IMG/VR virus record: IMGVR_UViG_3300025098_000068
Location: 1-52,826 of that record
DNA: 52,826 bases
Strand: one strand, 5' to 3'
DNA from: a virus
Taxonomy: Duplodnaviria > Caudoviricetes
Shown: one piece after another, positions 10,301 to 19,717 of the stretch
Numbering within the stretch: position 1 is the first letter of the stretch
How the letters are laid out: every line of letters starts with the position of its first letter
Program-made: the position numbers and the translations under genes
Notes under the pieces: generated by a model
The model's input: only the letters and a program-made list of their open reading frames with translations
Told to the model about the DNA's origin: nothing
Database searches by the model: none

Positions 10301-12045
10301 GTTTTAATCCATTTGTCGGAAAGCCGTCTGAATTAGATGCAATGAGAGGTCACTTTTTGAGAGTAGCTAAGGGTCTTGAAAAGTCTAATCCTCAACTAGG
10401 TAAACAGTATACAGACTTTGCTAATACAATTGAGGGAACTATAAAAGCTAATCCTGAAGTGTATAGCCAGATACAATCAGCCAGATCACAATATCGTGCA
10501 ATACACTTTGATCCTATAAGAAAAGGGTCTTATGGAGACAAAATAGATAATGCAAGAACAGGACCTGCTTATGTAGAACCTGCAGAAGGTGGGTACAAGT
10601 ATCCGTATAAAAATGGTCTTGAGCCTGAAAATTTTCACGAAGACTTTGGCAAAAATATTGAAGATCTTATGAATAACAAGATGGCAGCTAAGAGAAGTTT
10701 AAAAAAGAATATGGAAGGTCTTGTAAGATTTTGGACAGCAGGAGATATGCCTGATAACTCTTTAGTATTTGATGTGTCAACTCCAGCAGGGCAAAAGAAG
10801 TTAGAGGTAGTCTCTAATCTTGTAAAAGCTAGCCTGTACGAACACTGGGGTGAGTCAAGAAAAGCTGTCATTGACAGAATAAAAGGTAAAGTAGCGGGGG
10901 GCTATCCAGTTCGTGTATCAGAATACAATTTTGAAGCAGGACAAAACATTGCAGGTTTACAAGATATCTTTACAGTTAAAGTAAAAGATGCAGATGGAAA
11001 CATACAACCTCGTCAGCTATTTGATTTGGCAGACATAGTCCAAGAAGAAAAAGATATTGTCAAACTTGTAGGATTAAGCAGACAAGCAGAAAATCAATAT
11101 AATAAGTTAACTACAGAGTTAAATGATAACACTAGCTTACTTATGACTAGAGCTAATGCAGTTAATCAAATAGAAAACAAGGCGGTTAATCAACTTGAAA
11201 AGATTGCAGGTATAAGGGATTCTGAACAATTTTATACCAACTACATAGAGTTTGGTTCTCCTAATTACATAAGAGATATAAGAAAGTCTTATGTAGACGC
11301 AAGAAAGTTAGAAGAAGGTGTCACTGAAGAAACGGCACTAAAAGAATTTAAGAGTGGTGTAATGTACCACATCGGCAATGCTTTGCTTAAGAGAGCAGGG
11401 CTATCGTCAGGAGAAAGAACTCTAACTGGTTTTGATGGGCAACCTTTTAAACTAAATGTTTTAACTGATGCTGGACAACTTTCTGCAGATTTAAACAATA
11501 CAAATACTCAGAAAATACTAAGAGAAGTAGGGTTCGATAAAGACCACATTCAATATCTAGATGACATTGGAACTTACATGCAGTATGCACAAGGGGCGTC
11601 ATTACAAAGATTTGATATAACTGGCAAAGTAAGAGACGTATCTCCCAACGAACTTATAAGTAGAGCTTTTAACTTAGCAAGAGGTATGGTTAGTCCTACC
11701 TATGTTGCTGGAGAGATTACAGCTAGGCTTGCAATACAAAAGGGAAATGAGTTAGTTCTGTTAGCGGCCAGAAGTAAAGATGGTGCTAGAATAATAGGAG
11801 AGCTTCTTAAAAACCCACGAAACGTATCACCCGATGATGTTAAAACTTTTGGAACTTTAGTAAAAGAATTCTTAGCTACAGAGCTAGCACGAACTGGTGC
11901 AAAAGCTCCCGGAGAGTACATATCAGAAGATGACATGACCGAGTACAACATAGAGTATCAAGGTAAACCTATCTTTGAGGGTATATTTAATTCACCCAAA
12001 AAAGAAGAAAATAATGAAACCCAAAACAAGGAGAATACCCAATGA
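7399..12045 (+). CDS. Large internal virion (ejection) protein
   Basis: 1548 aa, GTG start with AGGAG SD, largest gene, at the end of the virion operon like T7 gp16. Confidence 0.6.
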   Translation: MEVLTNKITDVITSNIDTDKPIPEELTGNETVVSETKDSTVNKDTGDLEFTIVPNPKANVTPDIKPLVEESVATQEQQRLGKQVTPESILSGETIEINGEEISPNLVAKANQGDIDALSEIESIARSFKKERQEPIVAKAPEVFANDPQASKTTEKLVKYTEGRNIVLNALQKTNPATNEPRIVDSRVQQLFVDYYSTGQFFTEMSRRLAESGRGITLLPVLGHMAMNVFGAAKDAADLPFAIGDIKPDDETFAQSWEKRQPGMAKFFNQYKTMVEKALPGLTQAQTFNDDIKKLYIETYGQEEYDKYYTLTVGDKTVDLPIVNDELAQELLKIGFNELPMVERAAAMIIENVGIGYSLAKGATTKGGKQFTTADEIRQSNPYKYKGLSNVEVLRVSRIDNASNAFTKAWYQTTANIGRKLKNKGAIGAYEVDLNAENTLNLIDKQVDSVQKQIKKLDPKDVGNAREIALLEKQLKNLEVQRIKHVMPFTKNTYARNVIIDETIMGMGQAMGYEIANHYGFDTDVGEVFGALSTATNVPQFLIKKGVGGPLKFLDRLAGGAVSNFAATIEMIPIIPKGIFIDRRFDLLTDEFGNALTGKEKLAVEEVAKIVKNLEPSQREMVWASINEYQQVRNRILQRFTDPQRKEEARKLFQLSFAQISGLAPLMALEKRAAGRLKASASNIGEAVDYQIAQENSLLQANEAITQLKRMMNEEAGIDLDNGEFVNDFVNNFQKAANDTQLSINETKIEYMESLQQYKNAIIQNPDQPLDEDLITKLAEMEIKLTAGATQNLELQRSIYAKTTEDVMKALKDRGDNIIALRGQDGYKEKMGRYIEDVYDAQQDKLDSMGRLIYKPVDDLDIEMDIRSVVDDMLDRKDQLSSSAVRNLFSPEGDFFRGASGRKARSALDSMAVRGIQKQLELDKEQFGELMTYHRNPLTAKEAPDDFLGETATPLDVALHLSRREGSGFNPFVGKPSELDAMRGHFLRVAKGLEKSNPQLGKQYTDFANTIEGTIKANPEVYSQIQSARSQYRAIHFDPIRKGSYGDKIDNARTGPAYVEPAEGGYKYPYKNGLEPENFHEDFGKNIEDLMNNKMAAKRSLKKNMEGLVRFWTAGDMPDNSLVFDVSTPAGQKKLEVVSNLVKASLYEHWGESRKAVIDRIKGKVAGGYPVRVSEYNFEAGQNIAGLQDIFTVKVKDADGNIQPRQLFDLADIVQEEKDIVKLVGLSRQAENQYNKLTTELNDNTSLLMTRANAVNQIENKAVNQLEKIAGIRDSEQFYTNYIEFGSPNYIRDIRKSYVDARKLEEGVTEETALKEFKSGVMYHIGNALLKRAGLSSGERTLTGFDGQPFKLNVLTDAGQLSADLNNTNTQKILREVGFDKDHIQYLDDIGTYMQYAQGASLQRFDITGKVRDVSPNELISRAFNLARGMVSPTYVAGEITARLAIQKGNELVLLAARSKDGARIIGELLKNPRNVSPDDVKTFGTLVKEFLATELARTGAKAPGEYISEDDMTEYNIEYQGKPIFEGIFNSPKKEENNETQNKENTQ

Positions 12046-12320
12046 AAACTTACTACAATGGACCACGTAAAGGCATGATGTATGGCGGTGGTGCTACCAT
12101 GAGAAAGCCTATGATGTATGGTGGCATGGCTAAGAAGAAAAAGATGCAAATGGGTGGCATGATGGATGAGAAGAAGATAAAACCTAACGCCAAGTCAAAC
12201 ATGATGATGAGTTCAGGAATGAACATGGGCATGATGTATGGTGGTCAAGCCAAACTAGACAAAAACAAAGATGGCAAAATATCAGGCAAAGACTTTGCTA
12301 TGATGAGGAAGAAGAAGTAG
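12042..12320 (+). CDS. Met/Gly/Lys-rich basic protein with MMYGG repeats and an EF-hand-like loop
   Basis: AAGGAG SD; MMYGG x3, MQMGG; DKNKDGKISGKD. Confidence 0.75.
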   Translation: MKTYYNGPRKGMMYGGGATMRKPMMYGGMAKKKKMQMGGMMDEKKIKPNAKSNMMMSSGMNMGMMYGGQAKLDKNKDGKISGKDFAMMRKKK

Positions 12321-12426
12321 GTTTATCCCTCTTTCTCATTATCTTACGACCTCTGAAGAAAACAATTGTATTGATAGTGGTGTTGATAGTGATGGCAACA
12401 ACTAGCCAAGCTTCCCACCACTGCAT
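12298..12426 (-). CDS. 42-aa membrane peptide (MQWWEAWLVVAITINTTINTIVFFRGRK...)
   Basis: Read by hand; TGATG coupling to the upstream gene; TM helix plus basic tail. Confidence 0.6.
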   Translation of the reverse strand: MQWWEAWLVVAITINTTINTIVFFRGRKIMRKRDKPTSSSSS

Positions 12427-12647
12427 CAAACGTACCTACCCGATTTATCCATGACCTCTTGTGCCATAGACTTCAGATACTTTATCAACTGAGTTACTTT
12501 ATTTGTACCTTCATACATGGGAAGACCTAAATTCATGGTCTTCTCAAATTCATTTGGATCTACTGCATCGTAGAGTATCTCAACATTTCCGTCCTTATTA
12601 AGAAACGCTTCTAACGAGAACAGTTTCGCTTTCACCTTTGATTTCAT
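12426..12647 (-). CDS. Hypothetical protein
   Basis: Operon context, coupled. Confidence 0.65.
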   Translation of the reverse strand: MKSKVKAKLFSLEAFLNKDGNVEILYDAVDPNEFEKTMNLGLPMYEGTNKVTQLIKYLKSMAQEVMDKSGRYV

Positions 12648-13116
12648 TGATCGGCTCTAATTTACTAATAGGTAAGTTATAACAATCAGCTTTAAACATA
12701 AAGCCATTGCTGGGGTCTACTTGACCTTTCTTGTATCGGGTAGCTTTAGCATAGTATTCTTGTTTACTTATGCTACCTAGTATCCAAGCCTTACTGAGAT
12801 CAGTCAGTATCCTCACGAACACATAACTGTCACAGTCTTGCTTGCTACCATGAGATGCAACCGAGCAATCATAATTAGACTTTGGCTTAGTGTTACAACG
12901 TTTAGTCTTAACGTCGATACGATTCCCATCTTTCACTAAATCATAGTTATATGTATTTGCTTCAGTTGCCCCGATGATATCAGCTACGATTACCTCGCCT
13001 ATCGCACCTACTACGTTACTAGTGCCACCTGTAATACTTCCCTGCAGAATGCCTACAGTAGAAGCTTTTTCCCTCGCATGACGCATGTAATCTTCGCTGA
13101 TTGGTACTTCGATCAT
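12598..13116 (-). CDS. Putative PD-(D/E)xK-fold nuclease
   Basis: GE...YD...IDVKT catalytic-like pattern. Confidence 0.55.
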   Translation of the reverse strand: MIEVPISEDYMRHAREKASTVGILQGSITGGTSNVVGAIGEVIVADIIGATEANTYNYDLVKDGNRIDVKTKRCNTKPKSNYDCSVASHGSKQDCDSYVFVRILTDLSKAWILGSISKQEYYAKATRYKKGQVDPSNGFMFKADCYNLPISKLEPINEIKGESETVLVRSVS

Positions 13117-15044
13117 CAGTTTGCACCTAAGTCTACAACTTCACAGGCATCTGCAGTGCAAGCCAATTCACGAGTACCGCTCGTATTGTCTTCCTTTTCA
13201 TACATAGAGAACTTAGTCCAGTCGAGTGACTTTGGAACACGTCCATTCCATTCGAGATATTCATCCGCATCTATGTCCTGATAAGGAGCTTGTTGGTACG
13301 TATGGTCGGCAAACGGAAGGAACGATACACCTGACGCAATATCAAAGTTATCGTACAACCACGCACCAACTTCCATCCATTCCTCTTCCTTTACAGTAAT
13401 AGTCACAGACGGTTTGTGTTCGCACCAGTTAAGTGCATAGACTTTCCAAAGTTCTAGTTGTTCTATTGCACTCATCTCAGTTCTAGTGATAGCACCACTA
13501 GGAGATTTCATTGGAAAAGAAAACACGGTAACACTGTCAGGCTTCATAACGTCAGGCTCTGCAGGAATACCTTCTTCTTTCATAAATTGTGTTAAGGGAT
13601 CTTTGTTATCCCCACGTACTGTTCTGATGTAGAAATCATTGTGTCTAGCATGAATACCCGATGCAGAATCAGTCAACTGAGACACAGTACCACTTGGCTT
13701 TACACAAGTGATAGCCGTACTTCTTGGTATACCAATAGCATCTGCATATTCTTTGTTTGTCTTTATTGCTACTTGTTTCATCTCTTGTAACCAAATCTTT
13801 GAATCAGTTGTTTTAGACAGTACATAATGATCCATGATACCAGTTAATGAGACACCAAGCAAGCGTTCTTCTTCTGTATTTGTTTTCCATATCTTACGTA
13901 GATACTTCAGATCTGTAAGAGTAGACTGAAACGTACCTAGTATTGTGGCAACACGTACCTTAGATTGTAGGGAAAGTAAGTCATCGTTTTCACGTACGAC
14001 CACTTCAGACAAGTTACAGAACTGGTACGGTCTAAGTATAATCTCACTACATGGGTTCGTACCCCACATATGACCTGTTTGTCTTCTGCCACTCTTAGCT
14101 ACCTGATCGTCGGCTGCCTTACGATTGAACATGCCACGCTCACCTGACTTTGACTCGTACAGAGATAACCATTCTCTCATGTAAGTTTCCATAGCAGGCT
14201 TGCCCTTGTAGGCTACAGAGTTATTTGCTAATGCTCTTTGACCATTGTTGTTCCACCACTCACCTGATTTAGCGTGAGCCATTTGATCGTCGTTTAAGTT
14301 AGATAAGCTAATCAGAGCAGATCGTCTAACGCCACCTACTACAACAACCTCACCTACCTTACACATAATATCGTGGCACTCAACAGGAAATAACTTTCTA
14401 CCTGTAGCCCCCTTGAATTTCTCAATAGTAAACTTAAATAAGTTAACAAGAGGATCAGCACCTGATGCTCTCCCACCCATAACCTTTAGCCTTGCACCTG
14501 CAGGTCGCACCTTCGATACATCCCAAGATGGTATCATTCCTGAATAAAGTAAAGCCACAAGCTCACGATATGCTTTTGCCCACCCTGCTTTACTATCTTC
14601 CACAACAATAACAACCTCAGACTCTTGCATATTCTCGCTGATTACAGGTAGCTTATCTACGTTCTCTCTCTCAACAGAGAAACCTACACCTGTGCCACAC
14701 ATAAGAATGTACATAGCTTCATCAAAACTACGTGGACTATCTACTGGTAGGTAGCTACAATTGTACCCACAAGTGTTATCTCTCTTGAGTGCTTCTCCTG
14801 AAGTCATCATTGCTCTCATGGATGGCATAACTCTCAAGTCACTGATGTACTCATGTATTATCTCTTTATCAACGCTATCCATCTTGTAGTTGTGCTTTTC
14901 TAAGAGAGTGTCTTCCATAAAGTTTACATATCTTGAAACTGTCTCTAGCCAGTTCTCTCTTCTACCTTCATCTTCCATCCATCTAGCATACCTAGATTTA
15001 TGTATAAACTCCTGATATGAAGTTGGTAACATATTAGACGCCAT
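13116..15044 (-). CDS. nrdJ: Class II (B12-dependent) ribonucleotide reductase
   Basis: YNCSY, GGVRRSALI, TNPCSEI, CVKPSGT motifs; C-terminal CTADAC; no small-subunit gene. Confidence 0.9.
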   Translation of the reverse strand: MASNMLPTSYQEFIHKSRYARWMEDEGRRENWLETVSRYVNFMEDTLLEKHNYKMDSVDKEIIHEYISDLRVMPSMRAMMTSGEALKRDNTCGYNCSYLPVDSPRSFDEAMYILMCGTGVGFSVERENVDKLPVISENMQESEVVIVVEDSKAGWAKAYRELVALLYSGMIPSWDVSKVRPAGARLKVMGGRASGADPLVNLFKFTIEKFKGATGRKLFPVECHDIMCKVGEVVVVGGVRRSALISLSNLNDDQMAHAKSGEWWNNNGQRALANNSVAYKGKPAMETYMREWLSLYESKSGERGMFNRKAADDQVAKSGRRQTGHMWGTNPCSEIILRPYQFCNLSEVVVRENDDLLSLQSKVRVATILGTFQSTLTDLKYLRKIWKTNTEEERLLGVSLTGIMDHYVLSKTTDSKIWLQEMKQVAIKTNKEYADAIGIPRSTAITCVKPSGTVSQLTDSASGIHARHNDFYIRTVRGDNKDPLTQFMKEEGIPAEPDVMKPDSVTVFSFPMKSPSGAITRTEMSAIEQLELWKVYALNWCEHKPSVTITVKEEEWMEVGAWLYDNFDIASGVSFLPFADHTYQQAPYQDIDADEYLEWNGRVPKSLDWTKFSMYEKEDNTSGTRELACTADACEVVDLGAN

Positions 15045-15312
15045 TATATTGTTCTCCTACTTTTGTTTCAATTAAACGATTTAAATACCATCGTGCTTTT
15101 TCTAAATCTTCTACTCCATTCTTGTACTTGTACCTACATATGTACTTCAAAATGTTGCCTTGAAGATATGTTTCAAATCCATCTCCTGTGACAGATTGAA
15201 TTATATCTATGGTTTCAATGCCTGCCTTATTATAGTGTGCAGGACTGTTAACCATATCTGTGTTATTTTCTACTTCCTTAAGTTTCATCTTCATGTATTC
15301 CATGTGTCTCAT
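15034..15312 (-). CDS. DUF3310 / T7 gp1.7-like nucleotide kinase
   Basis: VNSPAHY...IETID...GNILKY..R...KNG.EDL.KA.WY. Confidence 0.85.
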   Translation of the reverse strand: MRHMEYMKMKLKEVENNTDMVNSPAHYNKAGIETIDIIQSVTGDGFETYLQGNILKYICRYKYKNGVEDLEKARWYLNRLIETKVGEQYNGV

Positions 15313-15650
15313 TACTGATCATTACCAAAATCTACCTTAATCACATTCTCAGGAATGTCAAGCATTTCTCCTGTGTCCTGTTGATATTGTACCTTAAGGT
15401 CTTTGGCCGCAAAGTTAAACTCTATCTCAGACTCCCCACAACGAAAGACTTCATCACCTCGCCTACGTAGCAAAGCCATAACGCCCTCGTGCATGATTGA
15501 TGCAACAGAGTGATCTTCAAAAGTCTCATACTTCTTGCCTGTCGTATCATAGGCTACCAAGTGAAACTGATCATCAGGCATTTCAGATAGGATTATGTAG
15601 TACTTGTCTTTCTCCAAAGACATAAGTGTGTTCATGTCATCTTTTTTCAT
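15312..15650 (-). CDS. Hypothetical protein
   Basis: Start moved to MKKDD at 15650 with GGAG SD; ends NVIKVDF. Confidence 0.65.
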   Translation of the reverse strand: MKKDDMNTLMSLEKDKYYIILSEMPDDQFHLVAYDTTGKKYETFEDHSVASIMHEGVMALLRRRGDEVFRCGESEIEFNFAAKDLKVQYQQDTGEMLDIPENVIKVDFGNDQ

Positions 15651-16020
15651 TCTTGAGCCACTCCATAGGTATTGCTTTTTCTGCCCACCTATAATTGTGC
15701 TTGAGACACCAATCAGCATAAGTGGTTTTACTTCCTTTGTATATCTTGTTTCGTGCATTCATAAACACCATACGGATGTCCAAGTCTTTGTGTTGCTCTT
15801 TTATGAGAGCCATCTTAACTCTGTCTGCTTTGTCAAACTCACCTTTAGCTTCGATGTATATGTTGGTTGCAGGAATGTAGAAGTCAGGAGTGTAGGTACG
15901 TATCTTAGGTATGTACGTTATCTTCTTCTTCTCGTACTCAAACTTTATTTTATTCTGTATTAGCTTCTTAGCTAAAAACAATTCAAACTTAGATCTGTAT
16001 CCTGCGTTACGTTTAGCCAC
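15637..16020 (-). CDS. T7 endonuclease I-like Holliday junction resolvase
   Basis: YRSKFE...YTPDF...IEAKG...DIRMVF; likely GTG start at 16020. Confidence 0.9.
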   Translation of the reverse strand: MAKRNAGYRSKFELFLAKKLIQNKIKFEYEKKKITYIPKIRTYTPDFYIPATNIYIEAKGEFDKADRVKMALIKEQHKDLDIRMVFMNARNKIYKGSKTTYADWCLKHNYRWAEKAIPMEWLKNEKR

Positions 16021-16415
16021 TATATTTTCCCCTGTCGGATTTTCCAACTCAATGATTCTAGGCGTTTGCTGATATACCCTGCCGTCTTCGGGGATTGTTT
16101 TTCTAGTATAGTAAGTTCGTCTAGAAGGGGATATATCGGCACACATAAAATCTTTCCGTAGTTTAAACTGTAGTTGATTGTTTGAAATTCATTCTCTATT
16201 TTCACAATGTCTCTAGCTTCTGTCTCAGGCGTCAACGTACCTTTGTCTGAAAAGTTATCTCTCAAAGTCAAAGGTATACCCCTGTCATGTTGTCTAAGGA
16301 ATGTTATATCCCTGCCACCACCTATGCCTTTGTGAGACTCGATGTACACGTGGTACAAATTCTCATTCAACTCAAGTAGCTTAGTTTCGTATTTGTTTAC
16401 GTAGATTGCTGACAC
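16020..16415 (-). CDS. Hypothetical protein
   Basis: Fills the operon, coupled at both ends. Confidence 0.65.
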   Translation of the reverse strand: MSAIYVNKYETKLLELNENLYHVYIESHKGIGGGRDITFLRQHDRGIPLTLRDNFSDKGTLTPETEARDIVKIENEFQTINYSLNYGKILCVPIYPLLDELTILEKQSPKTAGYISKRLESLSWKIRQGKI

Positions 16416-17305
16416 TACAGTTCTTTCTTCTTCAAGACATCATACCATATCTTAGGTGCGGTCTTAGCCTTTGATGTTACTTTTGGATACAACTGTGCAT
16501 TTGCCCAACAGTGTGATCTGTATCCACACATGCCACATATCTTGTTTAAGGTTTTGTTACCTGTTCGTATCTGTTCACCTTTGACTTTGTACGTCTCAAA
16601 CTCAGACTTGTAAGGCTTAACGAACTCGTTGCTAGGATCAAGTAGTCTCTTGACTCTTCTCTCAGCATCTTTCATATATTCTTTTCTATCTTCTTCTTGC
16701 CACTCAGGTGCTTCAACCATAGCTATCTCGCCACTTGACTTGTTGACAACTATCCACCCACCGAAAGGTAACCCTGTAGCTTCACCATACAGATGACCCT
16801 GCATGACATAACCAAACGGATCTTCTTCCTTTATCTTGTCGTACCCACCATACCCTGTGTACTTAAACTTATATGCCCACTCGCTAGCCGACTTAACATC
16901 CCACACTTTATCTGTGCCTGTCTCATCTCTTACGATAAGATCGAGTGTACCCGTAACCTTTTTCCCTGCTATCTCTAGCTCAACTGATTTTTGTTTGTCT
17001 ATAATTTCTACGTCAGCTTGTTCCATAATGAGTACGACCACTGATTCAACAAGGTCGCCAAACATAAAACGAAACAAAGCATTGTAGTCCATCTCTTCTT
17101 TGATGCCTTGCCTATCTAGCAACTGTTGACACAGAGGTCTACCCAAGCCTGACATACGTATGCTGAACTCACGCTTCTTATTTAACTGCCTATCTACGGA
17201 GTCTCTGCATTCTTGTGCGAAGTCTTCAATAGCACTAGGGGAGATCGTGACTTCCCCCCTAGTTGCTTTTTGCATGTAGTCTTGGATTTTAAGCAGATTT
17301 AGCAT
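16415..17305 (-). CDS. Cas4/RecB-like PD-(D/E)xK exonuclease with 4-Cys Fe-S motif
   Basis: GTLD...WDVKS...Q..LY; one Cys in RPLCQ plus CGMCGYRSHC; start at MLNLL. Confidence 0.8.
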   Translation of the reverse strand: MLNLLKIQDYMQKATRGEVTISPSAIEDFAQECRDSVDRQLNKKREFSIRMSGLGRPLCQQLLDRQGIKEEMDYNALFRFMFGDLVESVVVLIMEQADVEIIDKQKSVELEIAGKKVTGTLDLIVRDETGTDKVWDVKSASEWAYKFKYTGYGGYDKIKEEDPFGYVMQGHLYGEATGLPFGGWIVVNKSSGEIAMVEAPEWQEEDRKEYMKDAERRVKRLLDPSNEFVKPYKSEFETYKVKGEQIRTGNKTLNKICGMCGYRSHCWANAQLYPKVTSKAKTAPKIWYDVLKKKEL

Positions 17306-18140
17306 TGAAATCAGCCGACAAGTCCTGTTCCTCACTAGGAGAAATGAGTTTCTGAGCTTCTCTGAACTGATTAAGAACATTCTCATTGTGACCTTTTACA
17401 GTCTCACTGAAGTCTTTCATCAATGCTTTGTCTGCGTCCGAGACTTGTACTTCCGAATGGAGAGTCGGAACTGGTACATAGTAGATAACTGAACCTGACT
17501 TGACCCTGCTAGTTGCTAACTTCATAACAATCTTCTGCATGATCTTTTTCTGTCTAGTTAAGCTCTCTATAAAACTGCTGATAGGTTTGAAACCTGATCG
17601 TTTGAAATAGGATACGAAAGGTTTATCCTTAATCTCGACCTTAGTTCCATCAGCCTTTGCAAAGTCACCAGTTATTTGACCATAGATAACTTGGTTGCAA
17701 ACTGCAGACCGTGACTTTACTTTTAGTGGATCATCGTCAGTAAGAAGTTCCTCTTCTTTCGCTGACAATCTGCCACACTTATTCCCCGCAAGAGTATCAG
17801 GGAATTCTCCTGCTAATGTTGGTTTTTGTACAGACTTACAGACAAATGCTTTTTGTTCCATGTCGTACACACTCCATTCAAAGGTACGTAAGATAGGTCT
17901 TACGAGTACTTCTTTAGCATAAATAAATTCGCCATCGACAAACATCTTCCATGAGCCACGAGTAAGTGTGACACCATCATCTGTCTCTGTATCGTAGTTA
18001 ATGTTTAGTCTTGGTAAACCTACATTAGCCGTAGCTTTCGCTTGCCCTGTAAGTTCCATAAATGTAGATGTATCATCATCATTAAATGCTGATACTAATT
18101 GATCCATTTCGTTTCCAATTACTAGTTCATTTGATTCCAT
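17289..18140 (-). CDS. Putative single-stranded DNA-binding/annealing protein
   Basis: Between polymerase and exonuclease; LPRLNI N-terminal motif, aromatic beta strands, acidic tail. Confidence 0.55.
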   Translation of the reverse strand: MESNELVIGNEMDQLVSAFNDDDTSTFMELTGQAKATANVGLPRLNINYDTETDDGVTLTRGSWKMFVDGEFIYAKEVLVRPILRTFEWSVYDMEQKAFVCKSVQKPTLAGEFPDTLAGNKCGRLSAKEEELLTDDDPLKVKSRSAVCNQVIYGQITGDFAKADGTKVEIKDKPFVSYFKRSGFKPISSFIESLTRQKKIMQKIVMKLATSRVKSGSVIYYVPVPTLHSEVQVSDADKALMKDFSETVKGHNENVLNQFREAQKLISPSEEQDLSADFNAKSA

Positions 18141-18184
18141 TTTGTTTTCCTTTTTAGTTTTATTTAAAATGTAATTTGAGCTTA

Positions 18185-19717
18185 CTATTTAATTTCAGTA
18201 AGGTCAAGCCAATTATTTCCTATTTTTAATTCTATTCCTATTGGCATGTCGTACTCTAAGCCATACCTAGCTTTCGAGCCGTCAGAAATAGACAACATGG
18301 CTTCAGAAAGTACCTTCACACACTGATCTTTTTCATCAGGATGTACGTCAAGTACGATTGAATCATGTACTGTGTTGCATATAACTGACTTCATATCTAA
18401 GTCTCTCATCACCTTATCTAGCTTAACTAAGGCAATAGGTAGTAAGTCAGCCGTTGCAAATCCTTGTACGGGGTAGTTACAGATAGCCGTTCTATTTGTG
18501 GCTGCCCCCCACTCAGTCCACTTAGCATCAGGGAAAGCATAGGTACGACCTGAAGGTAATTTTATCTCTTTGGTCTTGACTGCTTCTTTCTCTAGCTCCT
18601 TGTGCCAATCGGCAACCTTCTCATACTTCTCTTTAAACGCCGTGTAGTAGGCTTGTTGTGCAGGAGTACCACTTACCCCACCATAGAGAGGTTTGAACGT
18701 GTGTGCCTTTGCATCCTGCCTAGAACACCCTATTATCGATGCAGTGTAGCTATGGACATCAGTTCCCTTGAGAACATCGTCGTAAGCTTGTGGATCTCGT
18801 GCAAGAAAGCCTGCTACTCTGAACTCCAACTGTGAGTAATCTCCTTCTAGTATGTAGCCACCATCGAATCGACTCTCAACTACCTTACGTATGGCAAAGG
18901 TAGAACCACGTGGCATGTTTTGAAAGTTAGGATTACGACTAGATAGTCTACCTGTAGCCGTGACACATTGCATAAACTCAGGATGAATGAAGTTATCATC
19001 GTCAACATTATTCTTCATACCCTCAACAAAGGTAGATAGGTAGGTGCGAATAGCATTGTATCTAGAGTAGGCTACACAGAACTCACGTGCTTCACCGCTT
19101 AGTTCAGTTGATCTATCTTCAAGAGTTACCTTATCTGTCTTGAACCCTGCAGATGCTACATCTTTTGGATTACGAGGTATGATCTTAAAGCCTGCTACCT
19201 CATTGGTGCTTTCGTAAACAGTACCTTTGCCTTTACATGGCTTACATATCCTGACTGCCTTACCAACACTCCCATCTTTCTTGAGAGGTGTAATCCTACC
19301 TACACCACGACAAGTTTCACATTGCCTACCTACAGTCTTGTACACGATGTCAGTCATGTTACGTACATTGCGAATGAAATCATTCTTCTTCATACGTGTG
19401 CGTAGTTTAGGCTTGATTGTGTTACCTCGCATCTCATGCCCAAGATTAAATGCAGTTGACCACAGAGTTTTATCTTTTACTTTGCGTGAGTACAACAACA
19501 CACTACGATCATCAGGACTCGACAGGTTGATAGGTGTATCTCCCATTGCTTCCTTTGCCATAGTCTGTAGTTTGTTTTCTAGATAGGATAGTTCCTCATT
19601 GTATTCCTTCTCTATCTCATCTAAGGTATCTAAGTTTACCTTAAGTCCATTCATCTCAATGCGAGTGAGGACGTTTGTCATTTCAAGCGAAAGCTTTAGT
19701 GTCGGTGTAAGTGTCAT
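18185..19717 (-). CDS. Family A DNA polymerase, polymerase domain with DnaJ-type zinc-finger insert
   Basis: TATGRLSS, NFQN, DYSQLE (motif A), AKAHTFKPLYG (motif B), VHDS (motif C); CETCRGVG and CKPCKGKG; GGAGA SD before ATG 19717. Confidence 0.92.
   Translation of the reverse strand: MTLTPTLKLSLEMTNVLTRIEMNGLKVNLDTLDEIEKEYNEELSYLENKLQTMAKEAMGDTPINLSSPDDRSVLLYSRKVKDKTLWSTAFNLGHEMRGNTIKPKLRTRMKKNDFIRNVRNMTDIVYKTVGRQCETCRGVGRITPLKKDGSVGKAVRICKPCKGKGTVYESTNEVAGFKIIPRNPKDVASAGFKTDKVTLEDRSTELSGEAREFCVAYSRYNAIRTYLSTFVEGMKNNVDDDNFIHPEFMQCVTATGRLSSRNPNFQNMPRGSTFAIRKVVESRFDGGYILEGDYSQLEFRVAGFLARDPQAYDDVLKGTDVHSYTASIIGCSRQDAKAHTFKPLYGGVSGTPAQQAYYTAFKEKYEKVADWHKELEKEAVKTKEIKLPSGRTYAFPDAKWTEWGAATNRTAICNYPVQGFATADLLPIALVKLDKVMRDLDMKSVICNTVHDSIVLDVHPDEKDQCVKVLSEAMLSISDGSKARYGLEYDMPIGIELKIGNNWLDLTEIK

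Noticed and set aside
2487-12149. Many short minus-strand ORFs within the internal virion genes
   Set aside because: Fully nested antisense with no protein-like motifs
16415-17305. Cas4-like gene as a CRISPR system
   Set aside because: No repeat-spacer array or other cas genes in the genome
19227-19330. DnaJ zinc finger in the polymerase as a novelty
   Set aside because: Known hallmark of HMO-2011-type phages; used only for classification
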